DNA of 32,000 nt. Source: Corynebacterium amycolatum (GTDB lineage Bacteria; Actinomycetota; Actinomycetes; Mycobacteriales; Mycobacteriaceae). The notes beneath the pieces are model-generated. The model worked only from the letters and a program-made list of their open reading frames with translations. It was not told the DNA's origin and ran no database searches. Where the stretch lies: NCBI RefSeq assembly GCF_049243625.1, contig NZ_CP046975.1. One strand, 5' to 3'. Positions 27,575 through 32,000 of the stretch are shown here, one piece after another; position 1 is the stretch's first letter; each line of letters opens with the position of its first letter. The position numbers and the translations under genes were made by a program.

Positions 27575-29041
27575 GTGCAGGCTCCTGCAGCTCTGATTGC
27601 CGGCTGCACCTCAGATGCCGGTAAGTCGGTTCTGGTCGCCGGCATGTGTCGGTTGCTCGCGCGACGCGGAGTGCGCGTCGCGCCCTTCAAGGCGCAAAAC
27701 ATGTCCAACAATTGCGCTGTCACGCTCGACGGCGGCGAGATTGGGCGCGCGCAGGCTCTGCAGGCGTTGGCCTGTGGGCTGGAGCCGGATGTCTCCTTTA
27801 ACCCGGTGCTTCTCAAGCCGGGCTCGGACCACACCAGTCAGGTGGTGGTGAAGGGCAAGGCTGATGGGCATGCGAGCGCCCTGACGTACCGGTCGCGGAG
27901 AAAAGCGCTGCGCGGAGTAGTTGCGGAGACATTGGAAGAGCTGCGGGGGCAGTTCGATGTCGTCCTGTGTGAAGGCGCTGGTAGTCCTGCCGAGGTCAAT
28001 CTGCGGGAGTCAGACATTGCCAACATGGGGTTGGCAGAGCTCGCTGATTTGCCGGTTGTGGTCGCCGGTGACATTGACCGCGGTGGGGTGCTTGCACATT
28101 TCGTCGGCACGCATGTAATTTTGAGCCCCGAAGACCGCGCGCGAATTACCGGTTTTATTGTCAACAAGTTCCGGGGCGATGTTTCGCTGTTGATGCCGGG
28201 ATTGGACGTAGTGCGTGAGTACACCGGTGTGCCCGTACTCGGCGTGGTGCCGTTTATTCCGGGGCTGTGGATCGATGCGGAGGATTCGCTCGGCACAGTC
28301 GCTGGTGCGTCGGTAGGGCCGGCGAACGCACCGCTGGGCACGGAAACGTTGTCCGTGGCCGCCATTCGCTTGCCGCGCGTGTCCAACGCCACCGATATCG
28401 AGGCGCTTGCCTGTGAACCAGGGGTACACGTGCAGTGGACGGTCGATCCGTCGGTCGTTGCTCGCGCCGACCTGGTCGTGTTGCCCGGGACGAAGTCGAC
28501 GGTCGCCGATCTCAAGTGGTTGCGCGAGCGTGGGCTTGACGACGTACTTGAGAACCGAGCCGCCCGGGGGCTACCGCTGATTGGCATCTGCGGTGGGTTC
28601 CAAATGCTCTGCACCACCATCACTGACTCGGTGGAGTCGGCAGCCGGGACCGTGAACGGGCTTGGCGTGTTCGATACCGACATTGAATTCGCGGGGACGA
28701 AGACACTGGTGAGTCACCCGGATGGCTCGTACGAAGTGCACAATGGACAGGTTGTGCGAAGCAGTGAACATCCTTTTATCACTGAGCCTGAAGAAGAAGG
28801 GGCGCGGCGTGGCATGGTGATGGGTACGCACCGCCACGGCTACCTGGAAAATGATCAGGCGCGCCGTGAGTTGCTGATGGAAGTGGCAGTTGCCGTCGGT
28901 CGGGACGGCTTCGAGGTCAGCTCTACTACTTCGTTTGCCGCAGAACGGCTGTGGCAGGTCGACATGTTGGCCGATGCAGTCGAGGAGTACCTGGCTGGGC
29001 CGGCATTGGCCCAGGCCACAGGTATTGAGCAGCTAGGCTAG
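27575..29041 (+). CDS. cobQ: Cobyric acid synthase CobQ-type protein (ATPase plus glutamine amidotransferase domains)
   Basis: [18 protein letters not shown]-loop, FKAQNMSNN, GATase ICGGFQML and a C-terminal HRHGY. The GTG start is 3 nt after the map stop. Confidence 0.85.
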   Translation: MQAPAALIAGCTSDAGKSVLVAGMCRLLARRGVRVAPFKAQNMSNNCAVTLDGGEIGRAQALQALACGLEPDVSFNPVLLKPGSDHTSQVVVKGKADGHASALTYRSRRKALRGVVAETLEELRGQFDVVLCEGAGSPAEVNLRESDIANMGLAELADLPVVVAGDIDRGGVLAHFVGTHVILSPEDRARITGFIVNKFRGDVSLLMPGLDVVREYTGVPVLGVVPFIPGLWIDAEDSLGTVAGASVGPANAPLGTETLSVAAIRLPRVSNATDIEALACEPGVHVQWTVDPSVVARADLVVLPGTKSTVADLKWLRERGLDDVLENRAARGLPLIGICGGFQMLCTTITDSVESAAGTVNGLGVFDTDIEFAGTKTLVSHPDGSYEVHNGQVVRSSEHPFITEPEEEGARRGMVMGTHRHGYLENDQARRELLMEVAVAVGRDGFEVSSTTSFAAERLWQVDMLADAVEEYLAGPALAQATGIEQLG

Positions 29042-30462
29042 TTATCGAACTCCAGGCCCAGAATCGCGTTTTCAATCAGCTCGGGCAGCGCTGGGTGAAT
29101 CCAGTGCTGGCCTGTGACAACTTCGCGCACATCCATCTCGAAGCTCATCATCTGGATGCACTGCTGCACTAGAGTGGCAGCCTGCTCGCCGATGAAGTGC
29201 GCACCCAGCAGGCGGCCGGTGGCGCGGTCCGCAATCAGTTTGGCAAAGCCGTCGCGATCCTCCAGTGCCCAGCCGTAGGCAACGTCGCCGTAATTCTGTA
29301 CCTTCACGGTAATGTCCGTGCCATTTTCCGCAGCCCAGGCGCAAGCTTCGTCCTCGGTCATACCGACCTGACCGATCTGCGGATGTGAGAAGACTGCCGA
29401 CGGAATGTAGCGGTGGTCAAATTCACGCAGGTCGGACGGGTTCAGCACGTTGTGGAAGACCACCTTGGCCTCATGGTTGGCGATATGCTTCAGCTGGTAC
29501 GGGCTAGAGACATCGCCCAGCGCCCACACACCTTCGGCTGAGGTGCGACCGTACTGGTCAACCTTGATGCGACCATCGTCGTGCATCTCCACACCACCGG
29601 CTGCAAGATCCATACGGTCACCGTTGGGGATGCGTCCGGTTGCCACTAGCAGGGCATCGGCTGCGAGCTCCGTGCCGTCGTCAAGCGTGGCCGTGACGAT
29701 CTCGCCCTCCTGGGAGAGTTCAGTGATGGAGGTGTTCATACGGATGTCAATGTCGCGGGCGGCAACCTCGTGGAAACGCTCGGAGATAGCGGCATCGGAG
29801 CCACGCAGCATGACATCGGAGCGCACCAGCATGTGCACCTTCGTACCGAAGGATGCGAAGACGTGCGCGAACTCGCTAGCGATGTAGCCACCGCCGACGA
29901 CAATCATTTCGCGCGGAAGCTTGTCGACGCGCATGATGTTCTCGTTGGTGTAGTAATCCACCCCGGACTGTGTGATGAGGCTCGGGACATGCGGGCGGGA
30001 TCCTGCAGCGATGATGATGTTGTCGGCTGTGATGTCGACAATTTCCTCGCCGATGCCAGTGCGAATAGTGCGGGGGCCGACGAACGTTGCGTGGCGGTCG
30101 TAGACATCGATATTGGGAGTCTCGTCCCCGCGGCGGTATGCCTCGCCGCCGTCGGCAATCTGGTCGACTCGCTGGGCGAAAACGCGATCCTGGATTTGCT
30201 TGAGATCAACGGAGCTGAAGGTGCCGTGCACGCCCAGGCGGCTGGCCTCGCGGATGTTGCGGGCGGCATCAGCGGCCAGAACGAACATCTTGGTGGGAAT
30301 GCACCCAACGTTGAGGCAAGTACCGCCGAAACGTCCTTCCTCCACCAGAGCGATACGGACATTGTCGTAGTCCGGGGCTGGAATGGAATTGCCGGACCCT
30401 GTTCCGATAATGATGACGTCGTAGTGGCGTGGGGTAGTCTCAGGCGAATTCTCAGTGGTCAC
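29038..30462 (-). CDS. mtr: Mycothione reductase / pyridine nucleotide-disulfide oxidoreductase
   Basis: [17 protein letters not shown] site, redox-active [13 protein letters not shown] and a C-terminal HPALPE. GTG 30462 has SD AGGAG 5 nt upstream and is preferred over the track start TTG 30501. Confidence 0.85.
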   Translation of the reverse strand: MTTENSPETTPRHYDVIIIGTGSGNSIPAPDYDNVRIALVEEGRFGGTCLNVGCIPTKMFVLAADAARNIREASRLGVHGTFSSVDLKQIQDRVFAQRVDQIADGGEAYRRGDETPNIDVYDRHATFVGPRTIRTGIGEEIVDITADNIIIAAGSRPHVPSLITQSGVDYYTNENIMRVDKLPREMIVVGGGYIASEFAHVFASFGTKVHMLVRSDVMLRGSDAAISERFHEVAARDIDIRMNTSITELSQEGEIVTATLDDGTELAADALLVATGRIPNGDRMDLAAGGVEMHDDGRIKVDQYGRTSAEGVWALGDVSSPYQLKHIANHEAKVVFHNVLNPSDLREFDHRYIPSAVFSHPQIGQVGMTEDEACAWAAENGTDITVKVQNYGDVAYGWALEDRDGFAKLIADRATGRLLGAHFIGEQAATLVQQCIQMMSFEMDVREVVTGQHWIHPALPELIENAILGLEFDN

Positions 30463-30531
30463 AAGTACTCCTAGCATTCTGGTCAAACTAGTTTGGTTCA
30501 ACCGTACTGAATGCTGATTTATTCCGAGCTC

Positions 30532-31623
30532 CTATTTTGAGCTGCCTCCCGGCTTGACCGTGGCGAGGAACTGGAAGGTCTCATCAAAAGCGCGATCTAG
30601 TGCTTCGGGTTCCGAGAGATACACGTCATGGAGCGCACCCGGAATCGCGACGTTGCGAGCCTGCGGGCCCAGGTGGGCAGTGGCATCGGCAATTTGTTCA
30701 GTGTTGAGAACAGAGTCAACGCGACTGAGCTCCGGGATGTAGTCGGAACCGAGAAGGTAGTTGTCCGAGTGGAGGACGAGCGTCGGCACGCCGGTGTCGA
30801 TACCGTGGCTAACACGTTGCTGGCCGACGATGATGGCATTGAGCCAACGCCAGTTCTTGTCATGGCCAGCCAGCGGCTTGAAAGTGCGGTTGTACTCCCA
30901 GCGTCCCTGGTGGTCGGCGCTAATGGATTTGCCATAGCCGCCCGCAGACTGCACCGGAATAAGATTGTTGGGGCGAATCCGCGACATAACGCGAGCCACT
31001 AGCGAGTACACGGGAGCCTTTGCCCGGGAAACGTGCAGAGTCAGCCACGGTGAGTTCAAGACGGCAGCCGTGACGGAAATATTGAGTGCTTGCGAGCAAT
31101 GGCCGCCTGTGCTTCGTAGCCAATCGAGCCAGAGAACGGCAATGAGACCGCCGGTGGAGTGCGCATTAACAGTGACAGTTGTATGACCAGCGTGGTCTAA
31201 CACCGCGAGTGCGCCGTTGAGATCCTCGAAGTAATTCGTTAAATCGCTGCAGCCATGCCAAGTCTGCCCCGGTTGGTGAGCGCGCCCGCACTTGCGCAGG
31301 TCAATGGCGTAAAATGCGTACCCTTCGGAGTGGTAACGCTCTGCCACGTGCCTTTGGAAGAAGTAGTCCGACATCCCGTGGATCCAAAGAACTGCCGGAC
31401 GCGCTTGGAAGTCGCTTGCCGACGAGTCGGGGCAGTAGCGCACCAAAACCGCGCGTATCGACCCCTCGCCGTCGGGGTCCTGGCCGAGTTCGATGACATG
31501 TTGGCTGTAGCCCTCGCCTAGGTTATCGGGGTTAAAGGCGGGGGTAGTGAAATCGGGAATATCGGTAGTCACAGGGTCAAGCCTAGCGCCGATTACCGGG
31601 GGTAGTGGGAATGTGTGCCACAA
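30532..31623 (-). CDS. Alpha/beta hydrolase (lysophospholipase-like, Rv2854-like)
   Basis: HG oxyanion motif (WIHGMSDY), nucleophile elbow AHSTGG and a late H in GALHDV. The start is TTG 31623, or GTG 31572, which lies 7 nt after TAGGCT. Confidence 0.8.
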   Translation of the reverse strand: MWHTFPLPPVIGARLDPVTTDIPDFTTPAFNPDNLGEGYSQHVIELGQDPDGEGSIRAVLVRYCPDSSASDFQARPAVLWIHGMSDYFFQRHVAERYHSEGYAFYAIDLRKCGRAHQPGQTWHGCSDLTNYFEDLNGALAVLDHAGHTTVTVNAHSTGGLIAVLWLDWLRSTGGHCSQALNISVTAAVLNSPWLTLHVSRAKAPVYSLVARVMSRIRPNNLIPVQSAGGYGKSISADHQGRWEYNRTFKPLAGHDKNWRWLNAIIVGQQRVSHGIDTGVPTLVLHSDNYLLGSDYIPELSRVDSVLNTEQIADATAHLGPQARNVAIPGALHDVYLSEPEALDRAFDETFQFLATVKPGGSSK

Positions 31624-31737
31624 TAGATTATGGACTGAGACGGTAGCTCTCTTTTGCGTCTTTAGTTGTGTGTGCGCGCATGTGAGCGAGCGCTAGTTTG
31701 AATCACTAATCAAGTTAGTAAGGATGTTGACAGCAAA

Positions 31738-32000
31738 ATGGCTGATAACAAGCTTCCTGCTTCCAGTGGCGACGAGGTAGATGTCGTCCTCATCGGTGCA
31801 GGTGTAATGAGTGCGACGCTGGGTGTGCTGCTCAAGGAGCTCGAGCCATCCTGGTCACAGGTTCTGTTCGAGCGTCTCGATCAGCCCGCCAAGGAGTCTT
31901 CCTCCCCGTGGAACAACGCTGGTACCGGCCACTCTGCTCTGTGCGAGCTGAACTACACGCCGGAGAAGAACGGCAAGGTCGATGTCACCAAGGCTAAGAC
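31738..32000 (+). CDS. mqo: Malate:quinone oxidoreductase, N-terminal part (runs off the window end)
   Basis: My own translation gives [77 protein letters not shown], which is the Mqo N-terminus. Confidence 0.9.
   Translation, partial: MADNKLPASSGDEVDVVLIGAGVMSATLGVLLKELEPSWSQVLFERLDQPAKESSSPWNNAGTGHSALCELNYTPEKNGKVDVTKAK

Noticed and set aside
27838-28683. 281-aa minus-strand ORF
   Set aside because: It is antisense to cobQ. The translation is S/T/P/A-rich and low-complexity.
29770-30474. 234-aa plus-strand ORF (also 29450-29887 and 29904-30362)
   Set aside because: These are antisense or out-of-frame shadows of mtr, which carries the FAD and CxxxxC motifs.

Overview
This window is a core-chromosome segment of a high-GC Gram-positive bacterium. 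Protein sequences, gene order and moderate GC point to Mycobacteriales, most likely a Corynebacterium. I call 33 protein-coding genes; the first and last are cut by the window edges. I saw no rRNA, tRNA, CRISPR array, transposase or integrase other than the housekeeping xerC. The gene order is: acyltransferase_3 (-), rpsP-rimM-trmD-PAP2 (+), a small acidic ORF (-), tex (+), a DUF1648 membrane protein (-), a DUF222-HNH nuclease (+), rplS-lepB-rnhB-DUF2469-yraN-comM-dprA-xerC (+), an M23 peptidase (-), rpsB-tsf-pyrH-frr-cdsA (+), a LapA-domain protein (-), rlmN (+), DUF2631 (-), rseP-PBP-map-cobQ (+), mtr (-), an alpha/beta hydrolase (-) and mqo (+). From memory this follows the M. tuberculosis Rv2909c-Rv2852c block. 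The many long antisense ORFs in the track are GC-driven shadows of real genes. No obvious multi-gene novel system such as a defence island or toxin module is visible. The most unusual signal is regulatory. A roughly 36-bp composite made of two TCCACAG/DnaA-box-like direct repeats, an A-tract spacer and yTAGrrCC occurs twice in the same orientation: upstream of yraN-comM-dprA, where both boxes are perfect TTATCCACA, and upstream of the M23 peptidase. A related arrangement lies upstream of frr. Other observations: (1) a small non-syntenic insert between tex and rplS, holding a membrane protein and an HNH nuclease that share the extended -10 TGCTAAAAT; (2) several probable leaderless genes with TANNNT 7-8 nt before the start codon; (3) three short tandem repeats; (4) dxr and ispG absent from their usual positions beside rseP; (5) an isolated cobQ. 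All family names come from motif recognition by eye. No database search was run.
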